Shown here: positions 36,831 to 47,324 of the stretch, piece after piece | Position numbering within the stretch: position 1 is the stretch's first letter | Layout: every line of letters begins with the position of its first letter | Source of the DNA: a virus | Lineage: Duplodnaviria; Caudoviricetes | Length of the DNA stretch: 51,846 nucleotides | IMG/VR virus record: IMGVR_UViG_3300046171_000023 | Coordinates: 1 to 51,846 of that record | Direction: 5' to 3' (one strand) | Program-made: the position numbers and the translations under genes | The notes under the pieces: generated by a model | Seen by the model: only the letters and a program-made list of their open reading frames with translations | The model's database searches: none | What the model was told of the DNA's origin: nothing

Positions 36831-36935
36831 AGCTACCCTGAAATATCAGGCACTTTATCAAAATAATAACCGAAAGGCTACCTTTACAATACAAGCCCTC
36901 TAGTCGACATAGAGCTACCTTGTAAACAAAGCCCC
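36826..36935 (+). promoter_or_regulatory. Structured leader with three repeated asymmetric internal loops
   Basis: GCTACC paired opposite GCAC/GCCC in three stems, ending just before the scaffold RBS. Confidence 0.6.
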
Positions 36936-36951
36936 AATTAGGAGAAAGAAT

Positions 36952-37839
36952 ATGACTAATAAAGTCAAAAGAGAAGAAGTACCAAACCCTTATAATCAAA
37001 AAAAGGATTGGCACACAGAAGATGTACCTTTTACATCATCTAATAACTTATACTTTGAAGAGCCTTCTGAAAAGAATAAACTTTTTAAAAGTAATGACAT
37101 AACTGAAGTTGAAGCTGAAGGAAGTGTTAATGTTGAAGAACTGGAAACTACTAAGGATGCTCCTTATAAAAGACCAGACTACAAAAAAAGATATGATGAT
37201 TTAAAAAAACATTATGATAATAAACTTAACGAGTTTAAATCTAGAGAACAAGAGTTAATAGAAGAAGCTGCAAATAGTAGACCAACCTATAAAGCTCCTA
37301 AATCTCCAGAAGACTTAGAACAATTTAAGAATGAATATCCTGATGTTTACGATGTCGTAGAAACTGTTGCTCATATGCAATCGGAGTCTAAAGCAAAAGT
37401 TCTAGAAGAACGCCTTAGTAAACTCCAAGAACGTGAGAATCAATTAATACGAGATAATGCAGAAAAAAGGTTAATAGAAAGACATCCTGATTTTGAAGAT
37501 ATCAGAAACAGTGACGACTTTCATGAATGGGCAAAAGAACAACATGCATCTATCCAAGCTTGGGTATATGACAATAATGACGATGCCGATTTAGCTTCAC
37601 GTGCTCTTGATTTGTTTAAAAAAGATATTGGTATGGACATTCCTAAAACTAAGTCATCTTCTAAAAAACCGACAAGACAATCTGCTGCAGATATGGTCTC
37701 TACTAAAACACAAAGTATAGAACCAAAGCAACAGAAAATCTGGTCTTTAAAGGAGATAGAAGCTATGTCTGTACAAGAATTTGATAAACACGAAAGTGAA
37801 ATATCAGATGCTATGCAGAACGGGCTTATATCAGATTAA
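36952..37839 (+). CDS. Capsid scaffolding protein
   Basis: Directly before the capsid gene; YKKRYDDLKKH coiled coil; C-terminal EISDAMQNGLI. Confidence 0.8.
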   Translation: MTNKVKREEVPNPYNQKKDWHTEDVPFTSSNNLYFEEPSEKNKLFKSNDITEVEAEGSVNVEELETTKDAPYKRPDYKKRYDDLKKHYDNKLNEFKSREQELIEEAANSRPTYKAPKSPEDLEQFKNEYPDVYDVVETVAHMQSESKAKVLEERLSKLQERENQLIRDNAEKRLIERHPDFEDIRNSDDFHEWAKEQHASIQAWVYDNNDDADLASRALDLFKKDIGMDIPKTKSSSKKPTRQSAADMVSTKTQSIEPKQQKIWSLKEIEAMSVQEFDKHESEISDAMQNGLISD

Positions 37840-37867
37840 ACTATATTAACTTAAAGGAGAAAGTATC

Positions 37868-38842
37868 ATGGCTCAATTTTTTGAACCCTCAACGGATACA
37901 AATGCTAACTTTGCAAACTCTGTAAGTGGACAAACAAATAGTTTCTTCCTACCTTCGGTTTACTCTAAAAAGGTTTTAAACTTCTTTAGAAAAGCCTCAG
38001 TAGTAGAAGCTATCACAAACACCGACTATGCCGGTGAGATATCCTCTTTCGGAGACTCAGTAAAGATTATCAAAGAACCAGTTATTTCAGTGTCAGATTA
38101 CACAAGAAATAGCGACACAACTGAAACTAGACTAACAGACCAAGAAATTACTTTGGTTGTTGATAGTGCTAAAGCTTTCAAATTCATCGTAGATGATATT
38201 GAAACTAATATGTCACATGTCAACTTTAAAGAAGTTGCTTCCAGCTCTGCTGCATATGCATTGAAAGATTCATATGATGCTGCTGTATTAGCAACTATGT
38301 TTTCTGGTTGTTCAGCTTCATCACCTAATCACATTTTAGGTTCTGACAATGCTACTGATTTAGCAGCAGGAACTTTTGATGGAACAGGTAACTTAGATAT
38401 TGGTTTTGATTCTAACGAACATGACCCAATAGATATCATGGGTAGAATGGCAAGACTATTAGACGAACAAAATGTACCTGAAGAAGGTAGATGGTTTGTT
38501 GCAGGTCCTGATTTCTATGAAGTTCTAGGACAATCTAGTTCTAAATTACTATCTGTCGACTATAATGGTGGACAAGGTTCTATTAGAAATGGATTAGTAT
38601 CAAGTGGAAAATTACGTGGATTTAACATGTATAAGTCAAATAACATTGCTGCACCATCTAATGCTGCTGGTAAAGTTTTGGCTGGTCACATGTCTTCAAC
38701 TGCAACTGCTAACACTATTCTTTCAACAGAAGTATTGAGAGACCCAACATCGTTTGGTGACATAGTTAGAGGCTTACATGTCTATGGTGCGAAAGTACTT
38801 AGAGATGAAGCTTTAGTAAGTGCATTCTACGGTATTGACTAA
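37868..38842 (+). CDS. Major capsid protein
   Basis: 324 aa; FLPSVYS, GDSVKI, LDEQNVPEEGR, LHVYGAKVLR; strong RBS; followed by a terminator. Confidence 0.92.
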   Translation: MAQFFEPSTDTNANFANSVSGQTNSFFLPSVYSKKVLNFFRKASVVEAITNTDYAGEISSFGDSVKIIKEPVISVSDYTRNSDTTETRLTDQEITLVVDSAKAFKFIVDDIETNMSHVNFKEVASSSAAYALKDSYDAAVLATMFSGCSASSPNHILGSDNATDLAAGTFDGTGNLDIGFDSNEHDPIDIMGRMARLLDEQNVPEEGRWFVAGPDFYEVLGQSSSKLLSVDYNGGQGSIRNGLVSSGKLRGFNMYKSNNIAAPSNAAGKVLAGHMSSTATANTILSTEVLRDPTSFGDIVRGLHVYGAKVLRDEALVSAFYGID

Positions 38843-38853
38843 ATAGTAAGTGC

Positions 38854-38882
38854 GAGGGAGTCTTCGGACTCCTTCACTTTTT
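38854..38882 (+). terminator. Rho-independent terminator after the capsid gene
   Basis: GAGGGAGTC-TTCG-GACTCCTTC (cUUCGg loop) plus T run. Confidence 0.85.
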
Positions 38883-38911
38883 AAACATAAATTTTACGAG
38901 AGGTAAATAAA

Positions 38912-39388
38912 ATGGCAATTGTAAATATAAGAGATACTGGACGTAACTCAGCAAGAACAAATGATGTTCGTGAGTTAGCTACTAAAGTCCAGAAACCTTC
39001 AGATACAGAAGCAATAACTGCAGCTAATACAATTACAGCAGCAGAATCAGGCACTCGTTATGTTTTAAACGTAGCAGCAGCTAAAATACAAACTCTTCCT
39101 ACTCCAGCAGCAGGATTAGAGTATTGGTTTTATGTTGGAGCAACAGAACCTACAGGAACACATACAGTAGTAACAGCATCTAGTGCTAATATTATTGTAG
39201 GTAACGTATCTTCTCCGGAAGATGCAGCAGGTTCAGTAGCTACGGTTACAGACGCAGATACTATTTCATTTGTTGCTAACAAAGCTGTTCATGGAGATTT
39301 TGTCCATGTATGGTCTGATGGCACTAACTGGTATCTTAACGGACAGTGTAAAGTTCAAGACGGAATTACAACCACACAAGCTGGTTAA
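38912..39388 (+). CDS. Putative capsid decoration/spike protein
   Basis: TITAAESG...TLPTPAAGLEY...SDGTNWY beta-sandwich pattern; follows the capsid gene. Confidence 0.55.
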   Translation: MAIVNIRDTGRNSARTNDVRELATKVQKPSDTEAITAANTITAAESGTRYVLNVAAAKIQTLPTPAAGLEYWFYVGATEPTGTHTVVTASSANIIVGNVSSPEDAAGSVATVTDADTISFVANKAVHGDFVHVWSDGTNWYLNGQCKVQDGITTTQAG

Positions 39389-39477
39389 TAATTAAGTCTA
39401 CGGTATTAACTGATACCAACACGGAGGAGTTTAATTATTCCTCCACCTAATTTAAAAATATTTTACAGGAGAAAAAT

Positions 39478-39636
39478 ATGATGTACGGTAATATGAAAAG
39501 ACAAAAGAAAATGAAAGGTGAAATGGTTGAAAAACCAAGAAAAAAAGCTAACATGGGTAGAATGATGTACAACAAAGGTGGTCCAACTCAACCTGAATAT
39601 AAGTCTGGTGACATGCCTAAAGCTATGCCTAACTAA
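39478..39636 (+). CDS. Small Met/Lys-rich protein (52 aa)
   Basis: RBS AGGAG; MMYGNMKRQKKMKGE...RMMYNKGG. Confidence 0.7.
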   Translation: MMYGNMKRQKKMKGEMVEKPRKKANMGRMMYNKGGPTQPEYKSGDMPKAMPN

Positions 39637-39638
39637 GA

Positions 39639-39812
39639 ATGAAAGGCGTACCACATTATAAAAAAGATGGAACTGAATGGAAAGGCAATACTCATAAAAT
39701 GCCTAACGGTAGTTTACATACAAATAAATCTCATACTAAAACAAGTGTTAAACTTGTTCATTTTAAAGAGTTAAGTAAAAAAGCAAAATTAAAAGCTAAA
39801 GGTAAAAAGTAA
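39639..39812 (+). CDS. Small basic His-rich protein (57 aa)
   Basis: MKGVPHYKKDG...THKMPNGSLHT; TAATG-coupled to the next gene. Confidence 0.7.
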   Translation: MKGVPHYKKDGTEWKGNTHKMPNGSLHTNKSHTKTSVKLVHFKELSKKAKLKAKGKK

Positions 39813-40585
39813 TGGCTACAACATATTTAGGTTTAACAAATGAAGTGTTAAGAGAACTCAATGAAGTTGTCTTAACTTCTGTAAATTTTGGTAGTGCTAC
39901 AGGCATACAAGCATTTATAAAAGATGCAATTAATAAATCTATATTTGACATAGCTAATGAAGAACCACAACTACCTTTTTTCTCAGCAGGAGTTAGTGGA
40001 GGAACAGACCCTTTTTATGGTAATGTAACTGTTGCTTCAGTAGCAGGAACTAGATGGTATACTCTTAAATCAGATAGTTCTAGTATAACAACTGATTATT
40101 CTTCAGTAGACTGGGATGATTTTTATTTAACAACAATAAATGTAAGTGGAGAAACTACTCCTTATGTTTCTAAAGGTTTAAAATTTTTAACACTAGCAGA
40201 TTGGAAAAGATATTATAGAGATAGTGAAAACTCAGATGACGCAGAAGGTTCAGATGCTTCACATGGAGAACCTGTGTATGTTATTAAAAGTCCAGACCAC
40301 AGAAAATTTGGATTAAGTCCAATACCAGATAAAGTGTATAACGTACATTTTTATGCTTTTACAAAACCTACATCTTTATCAGCACATGGAGATACTATTG
40401 TTTTACCAGAACAGTATAGCAATGTTATAACAGCACGGACAAGATATTATGTGCATCAGTTTAAAGAAAATATTCAACAAGCAGCTTTTGCTCTTGACGA
40501 ATACAAAAAAAATATGAGGACTATGAAATCTAATTTAATTAATCCTACTCCTAAATATATGACAGACGACAGGACTTATTTCTAA
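39812..40585 (+). CDS. Head-tail adaptor / tail tubular protein A
   Basis: TYLGLTNEVLRELNE start; LSPIPDKVY; position. Confidence 0.7.
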   Translation: MATTYLGLTNEVLRELNEVVLTSVNFGSATGIQAFIKDAINKSIFDIANEEPQLPFFSAGVSGGTDPFYGNVTVASVAGTRWYTLKSDSSSITTDYSSVDWDDFYLTTINVSGETTPYVSKGLKFLTLADWKRYYRDSENSDDAEGSDASHGEPVYVIKSPDHRKFGLSPIPDKVYNVHFYAFTKPTSLSAHGDTIVLPEQYSNVITARTRYYVHQFKENIQQAAFALDEYKKNMRTMKSNLINPTPKYMTDDRTYF

Positions 40586-42187
40586 ATGGCATCAGGACAA
40601 CCTTTTTCAGTAGCTTTAGTTGGTGGATTAAATAAATCTACTAACTCTTCAGCCTTGTTAAAGACACCGGGAGTTGCTACTAAACTAAGAAACTTTGAAG
40701 TATCTGATGAAGGTACTTATAGAAGAATAAATGGTTTTACTTTGTTTGGAGATACATTACCTAATTCTACAGAAGATATAGAAGGTTTATTAGTTTATGC
40801 AGATGGTGTAATAGCTGTAGCAGGTAACGATATATTTTTTAGTCAAGACGGAGAAAGTGCTTGGTTACAATTAAACAAAGATAGTGTTTCAGGTAGTGGA
40901 GATAATTATTCTACATTTACAGGCAGAAGTGAACTATCTTTAACAAGCGTAGACCAGTGTGAGTTTGCTATCTTTGAAGGTGCTTCTGATTTTGGTGAAG
41001 TAATTATAACAGATAATAGTGGTAACAATAAACCATTTTTATTTAAAATGACTGGAACAGACACAGATGTTACTAATAGAACTTTTTTTGCAAGTCAAAT
41101 AACTATTAGTGGTTCTACCAAAGCTAAGTTTTGTACAATACATGACCAGCATTTAGTAGTAGCTGGAGACCCTACTACACCTAATACAATTTATTATAGT
41201 GGTACTAATGATATAGATAGTTTTAGTAGTACAGGTTCAGGTAGTATTACTTTAGAAGATAAAGTAGTAGGATTAAAAAGTTTCCGTAATGAACTATTTA
41301 TATTTTGTCAAAACTCAATATTTAAGTTGCAAAATATAAATGATTCTAATTCTGTAGCAGTTGTACCTGTTACTAAAAACGTAGGTTGTTTAGATGGTAA
41401 AACAATTCAAGAGATTGCTGGTGACTTAATATTTTTAGCACCTGATGGATTTAGAACAGTTGCTGGTACATCAAGAATTGGTGACGTTGAGTTAGGAACT
41501 ATTAGTCAAGCTATACAACCAATAATAAATGATATTGCTAATAACGCTGATAGTTTACAATTTAGCAGTGTTGTATTAAGAAATAAATCACAATACAGAA
41601 TGTTTTATAGTAGAGTAACAGATAGTCAGTTTGTTGCAAAAGGTGTTATAGGGACACTAAGAAGTAATGGATTTGAATGGTCAGAAACATTAGGAATATT
41701 AGCACCTGCTATTACATCAGGATTTACTAGTTCAGGAGTAGAAAAAGTATATCACGGTGATAGAGACGGTAAAATATATAATCATAACACAGGTAATAGT
41801 TTTAATGGTACAAGTGTTGAAGCAGAATATCAATCACCTGATTATGATTACGGTGATTTAGGAACTCTAAAAACTTTAGATTACGTTAAAATTGCTTTTA
41901 CTCCAGAAGGAGAATGTCAACCTTCACTTAGAGTTAGATTTGATTATGACAGTTTAACTAGTGCACAACCTGCTGACATAGTTTTAGATGCAATACCAGA
42001 ACCTGCTATTTTTGGAACAGCAGTATTCGGAACTCAAAAACTTGGAGCAACTGAACAACCTTTAGTAAGACAAGTTTTAACAGGTAGTGGACACAGTAAT
42101 TTTTTTAAAGTATTTAGTAATGATACTAATGCACCATATTCAATTAACGGACTATATGTAAATTATAGACCATCAGGAAGACAATAG
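40586..42187 (+). CDS. Tail nozzle / tail tubular protein B
   Basis: GGLN start, beta-propeller-like repeats, VGCLDGKTIQE..GDLIFLAPDG. Confidence 0.75.
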   Translation: MASGQPFSVALVGGLNKSTNSSALLKTPGVATKLRNFEVSDEGTYRRINGFTLFGDTLPNSTEDIEGLLVYADGVIAVAGNDIFFSQDGESAWLQLNKDSVSGSGDNYSTFTGRSELSLTSVDQCEFAIFEGASDFGEVIITDNSGNNKPFLFKMTGTDTDVTNRTFFASQITISGSTKAKFCTIHDQHLVVAGDPTTPNTIYYSGTNDIDSFSSTGSGSITLEDKVVGLKSFRNELFIFCQNSIFKLQNINDSNSVAVVPVTKNVGCLDGKTIQEIAGDLIFLAPDGFRTVAGTSRIGDVELGTISQAIQPIINDIANNADSLQFSSVVLRNKSQYRMFYSRVTDSQFVAKGVIGTLRSNGFEWSETLGILAPAITSGFTSSGVEKVYHGDRDGKIYNHNTGNSFNGTSVEAEYQSPDYDYGDLGTLKTLDYVKIAFTPEGECQPSLRVRFDYDSLTSAQPADIVLDAIPEPAIFGTAVFGTQKLGATEQPLVRQVLTGSGHSNFFKVFSNDTNAPYSINGLYVNYRPSGRQ

Positions 42188-42200
42188 GAGATATATATAA

Positions 42201-45200
42201 ATGGCTACTTATGTAAGACAAAGTTCATTCAGTGATGGAGATACAATCACTGCTGCACTATTTAATAATGAATTTAACCAATTAGTAAACGCATTTAATG
42301 TAAGCACAGGACATACCCATGATGGTTCTACAACTGGTGATGGTGGTCCAATTTCTAATTTATTTAGTAATGCTTTAGTATTTGGTACAAATGCCAACAC
42401 AGATATTGCTATAACATTTAACGCCACAACAAACGATGGTGTTTTAACTTGGAAAGAAGATGAAGATTATTTTGAATTTTCAGATGACTTATTAATTGCT
42501 ACAACAGAAAAAATACAGTTTAGAGATACAGCTATATATATTAATTCTAGTGCTGATGGACAATTAGATTTAGTAGCTGATACAGAAATACAAATAGCAG
42601 CAACTACAATAGACATGAATGGTAACGCTGATATATCTGGTAACTTAGGTATAGGTGGTAATCTAACAGTAACAGGTACTACAACTTTTAATGGTGGTAC
42701 AATTACTATGGGAGATGCAGCTACTGACAATGTTGTATTCGGTGCTGACGTAGACTCTAACATTATTCCAGATGATGATAATACTTATGACTTAGGTAGT
42801 TCTTCACAACAATGGAAAGATATTTATATTGATGGTGTAGCTTATTTAGATGCAATAGACTTTAACGGAACAACAATTACATCTACTGCTGCCGAGCTAA
42901 ATATATTAGACGGAGTAACATCCACAGCAGCCGAGCTCAATATTCTTGATGGAGTTACCTCAACTGCTGCTGAACTAAATATATTAGACGGAGTTACAGC
43001 AAGTGCTACAGATATTAATCTTATTGATGGTATAACTAACGGTACGGTAATCGCAAGTAAAGCAATTATTACTGACTCTAATAAAGATATTACAGGTGGT
43101 AGAAATATTACTATTACTGGTGAACTTGATGCAGCTACATTAGATATATCAGGCAACGCAGATATTGACGGTACACTTGAAACAGATGCACTATCTATAA
43201 ACGGTACAACAATTACAAGCACCGCAGCTGAGTTAAATATATTAGACGGTGTAACTTCAACTGCAGCTGAACTTAATATCCTTGACGGTGTTACAAGCAC
43301 TGCAGCAGAGTTAAACATTTTAGATGGTGTTACAGCTAGTGCAACAGACATTAATCTTATTGATGGCATAACTAATGGAACTGTCATAGCTAGTAAAGCT
43401 ATTATAACAGATGCTAATAAAGATATTACTGGTGGACGAAACATTACAATTTCTGGAGAACTTGATGCAGCTACACTAGACATTTCAGGTGATGTAGATA
43501 TTGATGGTACTTTAGAAGCTGATGCTATTACAGTAAATGGTACAACATTAGCAGAAACAATTAGTGATACTGTAGGTGCTATGGTAACAAGTAATACTGA
43601 AAGTGGTATTACAGTAACATATGATGATTCAGATAATACATTAGACTTTACAGTAGGAACACTTAACCAAGATACAACAGGTACAGCAGCAGTAGCTACA
43701 ACAGTTACTATTACAGATAACGAAAACACAAACGAAAATAACGCACTTATCTTTACAGCCGGTGGAGATTTAGATGGTGGTAATTTAGGTTTAGAATCAG
43801 ACGGTGATTTAAAATACAATCCAAGTACAGGAACATTAAGCGTACCTAACGTATCAGTAAGTGGCACATTTAGTACAGTCAATAGTGTTACTATGGATGC
43901 TAATAATGCTGTAATCTTTGAAGGTGCTACAGCTGATGCACACGAAACAACTTTAACATCTATTGATGCTACTGGTGACAGAACAATTAGTTTACCTAAT
44001 GTATCTGGAACACTACCAGTTTTAGCAGCAGCTTCAGCTACAGCAATTACTTCTACACCTGAAGAGTTAAATATTCTTGATGGAGTTACATCAACTGCAG
44101 CAGAACTAAACATACTTGATGGAGTTACTAGTACTACTGCCGAACTTAATATACTTGATGGTGTAACAGCTACTGCAACAGAAATAAATCTTATAGATGG
44201 CGTAACTGCAACAACTGCAGAGTTAAATATTCTTGATGGTGTGACAGCTACAGCAGCAGAAATAAATGCTCTTGATGGCATTACTTCAACGGTTGCAGAA
44301 CTTAATATCCTTGATGGTGTTACAGCTAGTGCAGCAGATATAAATCTTATAGATGGTATAACAAATGGAACAGTAATAGCAAGTAAAGCTATTATAACAG
44401 ATTCAAACAAAGACATTACTGGTGGTAGAAATATTACTATTAGTGGTGAATTAGACGCTGCTACTTTAGACATCTCAGGCGATATAGACGTAGACGGAAC
44501 TACTAACCTAGATGTAGTAGATATAGACGGAGCTGTAGATATGGCTTCTACACTTACTATTGCAGGTGCCATTAATGGTGCAACTATAAAAGCTGATACT
44601 ACCAACTTTGTAAATAGTTATTTAATTAGCCAAGATGCAAGTACAGGAACTTTATCAAGTGCATCAAACAATACAGGGTTAGGCGATAGTGTTTTTGCTG
44701 CATTAACCTCAGGCACACATAATACTGGTATAGGTAATGTCGCTTTAAATGCAAATACCACAGGTGGCGGAAATACAGCTATTGGTAGTTTTTCATTAAA
44801 TGATGCAACTACTGGCGATAATAATACTGCCGTTGGTTTTCAAGCATCAAGATACCTTACTACAGCTTCATCTACAACTGCTATAGGATATAGAGCAGGA
44901 GCAGGTGCGGGTGGTTCTAGTGTAATGACTGGTGATAACAATACATTAGTTGGACTTGATGCAGGTAGGTTAATAACTTCAGGTCATAGTAATACAGCAA
45001 TAGGTGCAGAAGCCCTAGATGCTAATACTGATGGTGTATCAAATACAGCAATAGGTATGCAATCTTTAACTTCAAATACCTCAGGTATAAATAACGCAGC
45101 AGTTGGTAGATATGCTTTATATAATAATACAACTGGTGGTTCTAATACTGCTATGGGTTTACAAGCACTCTTTACAGCAACTACTGCAAGTGAAAATACA

Positions 45201-46709
45201 GCTTTTGGTTTTCACGCCTTATTAGCAAATACTTCGGGTGCAAACAACGTGGCAGCTGGTTATCAAGCCATGGACGCAAATACAACTGGTGGTTCAAACA
45301 CAGCAGTCGGTTCAGCAGCTCTTGGTGCTAATACCACCGCATCAAATAATGTAGCGGTTGGTAATGGTGCTATGGCAGCTAATACGACAGGCGACCAAAA
45401 TGTAGCAGTAGGTGCTATATCACTAGATGCGAATACGACAGGAATAAGAAACACAGCAGTTGGTTATGAAGCATTGACCGACAGCAATGGAACAAATAAT
45501 ACTGCTTTAGGTCATACAGCCTTAGCAAATCTCACCACAGGAAATTCAAATACCGCAGTTGGCTATAACACCTTAACAGCTCTTACTACAGGCGGGTCTA
45601 TGGTTGCTGTAGGAACAGATGCTTTTGCCGCAAATACAAGCGGAGATAAAGGTACAGCTATTGGTTTTGCAGCTTTAGCAGCAAATACTACTGCCGTTCA
45701 CAATACAGCATTGGGTTATCAAGCTCTCACAGCAAACACAACTGGCGGAAACAACACCGCAGTTGGTAAAGGTGCATTAGATGCGAATACTACAGCTACG
45801 AACAATACAGCTATGGGTGTAGATGCTCTAGGAGCAAACACTACAGGTGAATATAATACCGCAATTGGTCGTGAAGCACTTAAAGTAAACACTACTGCTG
45901 CTGCAAACACAGCTATAGGTAATCAGGCATTAGTTGCAAACACAACAGGTCAATATAATACTGCTCTTGGTTCAGGTGCTTTGCTTTCTAATACTACAGG
46001 AGACCTTAGTGTAGCGGTTGGTCTGAACGCTTTGGTATTAAGCACCACAGGTTATCAAAATACTGCTGTTGGTTATAACGCACTTGATGCTACAACGACA
46101 GGATTTCAAAACACAGCTATAGGTTTAAATGCTGGTACTTCACACACTACAGGAGATGGTAATATTTTTGTAGGATTTGAATCAGGTGAAGATATGACCA
46201 CAGGTTCAAACAATACTATTATTGGAAAACAGGCTGCAAAAAACGGTACTACTGGTTCAAATAATACTTGTTTAGGTTATTTAGCAGGTCATTCTAATTC
46301 ACCTTTTACACTTACTTCACAGAGTAATAAAGTTGTTATAGGTGATGAAAATGTAGATGCAGCTTATATACAAGTTGACTGGACTATAGCCTCAGATGCA
46401 AGAGATAAAACTGAAGTAGAAAACATATTAGTAGGCTTAGATTTAGTTAATGATTTAAGACCAGTATCTTTTAAATATACAGACAATAGAGAAAATAATA
46501 ATCCTGTAGGAAAAACTAAATACGGATTTTTAGCACAAGAAATTTTAGCACTTGAAGGTGATAAACCAGTTATAGCTGATAATGAACAAGAAGATAAATT
46601 AAAAATTACCAATAGTAATTTAACAGCAGTATTGGTAAAAGCAGTTCAAGAACTATCTAGTCAAGTAGATGAATTAAAAGCTGAAATAATAACTTTAAAA
46701 GGAGAATAA
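42201..46709 (+). CDS. Tail fibre with C-terminal intramolecular chaperone (peptidase S74-like)
   Basis: N-terminal anchor (NNEFNQL, GHTHDG), repeat shaft, SDARDK autocleavage motif, YGFLAQE, terminal coiled coil. Confidence 0.9.
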   Translation: MATYVRQSSFSDGDTITAALFNNEFNQLVNAFNVSTGHTHDGSTTGDGGPISNLFSNALVFGTNANTDIAITFNATTNDGVLTWKEDEDYFEFSDDLLIATTEKIQFRDTAIYINSSADGQLDLVADTEIQIAATTIDMNGNADISGNLGIGGNLTVTGTTTFNGGTITMGDAATDNVVFGADVDSNIIPDDDNTYDLGSSSQQWKDIYIDGVAYLDAIDFNGTTITSTAAELNILDGVTSTAAELNILDGVTSTAAELNILDGVTASATDINLIDGITNGTVIASKAIITDSNKDITGGRNITITGELDAATLDISGNADIDGTLETDALSINGTTITSTAAELNILDGVTSTAAELNILDGVTSTAAELNILDGVTASATDINLIDGITNGTVIASKAIITDANKDITGGRNITISGELDAATLDISGDVDIDGTLEADAITVNGTTLAETISDTVGAMVTSNTESGITVTYDDSDNTLDFTVGTLNQDTTGTAAVATTVTITDNENTNENNALIFTAGGDLDGGNLGLESDGDLKYNPSTGTLSVPNVSVSGTFSTVNSVTMDANNAVIFEGATADAHETTLTSIDATGDRTISLPNVSGTLPVLAAASATAITSTPEELNILDGVTSTAAELNILDGVTSTTAELNILDGVTATATEINLIDGVTATTAELNILDGVTATAAEINALDGITSTVAELNILDGVTASAADINLIDGITNGTVIASKAIITDSNKDITGGRNITISGELDAATLDISGDIDVDGTTNLDVVDIDGAVDMASTLTIAGAINGATIKADTTNFVNSYLISQDASTGTLSSASNNTGLGDSVFAALTSGTHNTGIGNVALNANTTGGGNTAIGSFSLNDATTGDNNTAVGFQASRYLTTASSTTAIGYRAGAGAGGSSVMTGDNNTLVGLDAGRLITSGHSNTAIGAEALDANTDGVSNTAIGMQSLTSNTSGINNAAVGRYALYNNTTGGSNTAMGLQALFTATTASENTAFGFHALLANTSGANNVAAGYQAMDANTTGGSNTAVGSAALGANTTASNNVAVGNGAMAANTTGDQNVAVGAISLDANTTGIRNTAVGYEALTDSNGTNNTALGHTALANLTTGNSNTAVGYNTLTALTTGGSMVAVGTDAFAANTSGDKGTAIGFAALAANTTAVHNTALGYQALTANTTGGNNTAVGKGALDANTTATNNTAMGVDALGANTTGEYNTAIGREALKVNTTAAANTAIGNQALVANTTGQYNTALGSGALLSNTTGDLSVAVGLNALVLSTTGYQNTAVGYNALDATTTGFQNTAIGLNAGTSHTTGDGNIFVGFESGEDMTTGSNNTIIGKQAAKNGTTGSNNTCLGYLAGHSNSPFTLTSQSNKVVIGDENVDAAYIQVDWTIASDARDKTEVENILVGLDLVNDLRPVSFKYTDNRENNNPVGKTKYGFLAQEILALEGDKPVIADNEQEDKLKITNSNLTAVLVKAVQELSSQVDELKAEIITLKGE
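42860..44500 (+). repeat. 14-aa TSTAAELNILDGV repeats nested in three larger modules
   Basis: Each module ends NGTVIASKAIITDxNKDITGGRNITIxGELDAATLDISG. Confidence 0.9.
44665..46290 (+). repeat. NTTGxxNTAxGxxAL 14-aa repeats (beta-roll/beta-helix shaft)
   Basis: Dozens of degenerate tandem copies in the translation. Confidence 0.9.
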
Positions 46710-46710
46710 T

Positions 46711-47055
46711 ATGGCAGTAACAAAAACAATAACTAAATGCACACCTTATGAAAATGCATCTAGTAAAGTAGATAAGTGGGAAATAGAAATGACGTATAAA
46801 AATGATAGCGAGGGCGATAGCACTTACTATACTAATACTTTTAGCACTACAGTTAATCAAACAGATACTAATGCAGATGGTAGTACAACCACTAACTTTA
46901 CACTAAAAGCTAAAGGCAGTTGGACTAACGCTAACTTAGTAGCAATATGTCCTGTATCACATTGGGACACAGTATTTGCTAGTCAAGTAGATAGCGTTAT
47001 TACTAATCCAGTAGTGCAAAGCTCACCAGACCAAGCATTTAGCGTACCTAGCTAA
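46711..47055 (+). CDS. Tail-fibre-associated protein
   Basis: RBS AAGGAG; directly follows the fibre gene. Confidence 0.55.
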   Translation: MAVTKTITKCTPYENASSKVDKWEIEMTYKNDSEGDSTYYTNTFSTTVNQTDTNADGSTTTNFTLKAKGSWTNANLVAICPVSHWDTVFASQVDSVITNPVVQSSPDQAFSVPS

Positions 47056-47060
47056 GTACA

Positions 47061-47303
47061 ATGGAACTAACACCTTACTTATTTTGGAACATCTTTATAA
47101 CTTTGGTACTTGCACCAGTCTTATTTAGTATTAGACAAAATGCTTCAGAGTCTAAAAGAATCGACATACTCTTAAACAAAACTCGTGAAGAGATGGCAAA
47201 AGATTATGTTACCAAATCAGAACTTAAAGATGACATGGGAATCCTCATGGATAGAATAGATAAAATTGGTGAAAAACTTGACAAACTCTTTGAAGTCAAG
47301 TAA
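47061..47303 (+). CDS. Small TM plus coiled-coil protein
   Basis: N-terminal TM; TREEMAKDYVTK...KLDKL. Confidence 0.7.
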   Translation: MELTPYLFWNIFITLVLAPVLFSIRQNASESKRIDILLNKTREEMAKDYVTKSELKDDMGILMDRIDKIGEKLDKLFEVK

Positions 47304-47306
47304 AAT
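47278..47306 (+). promoter_or_regulatory. Sigma70 promoter for the ejection-protein block
   Basis: TTGACA-17 nt-TAAAAT just upstream of ATG 47325. Confidence 0.7.
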
Positions 47307-47324
47307 ATATTTATAGGTATTTAA

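Noticed and set aside
42842-44605. 587-aa minus-strand ORF (also 7176..7541, 9351..9866, 30516..30884 and similar)
   Set aside because: Antisense shadows of repetitive or biased sense genes; no RBS or operon context.
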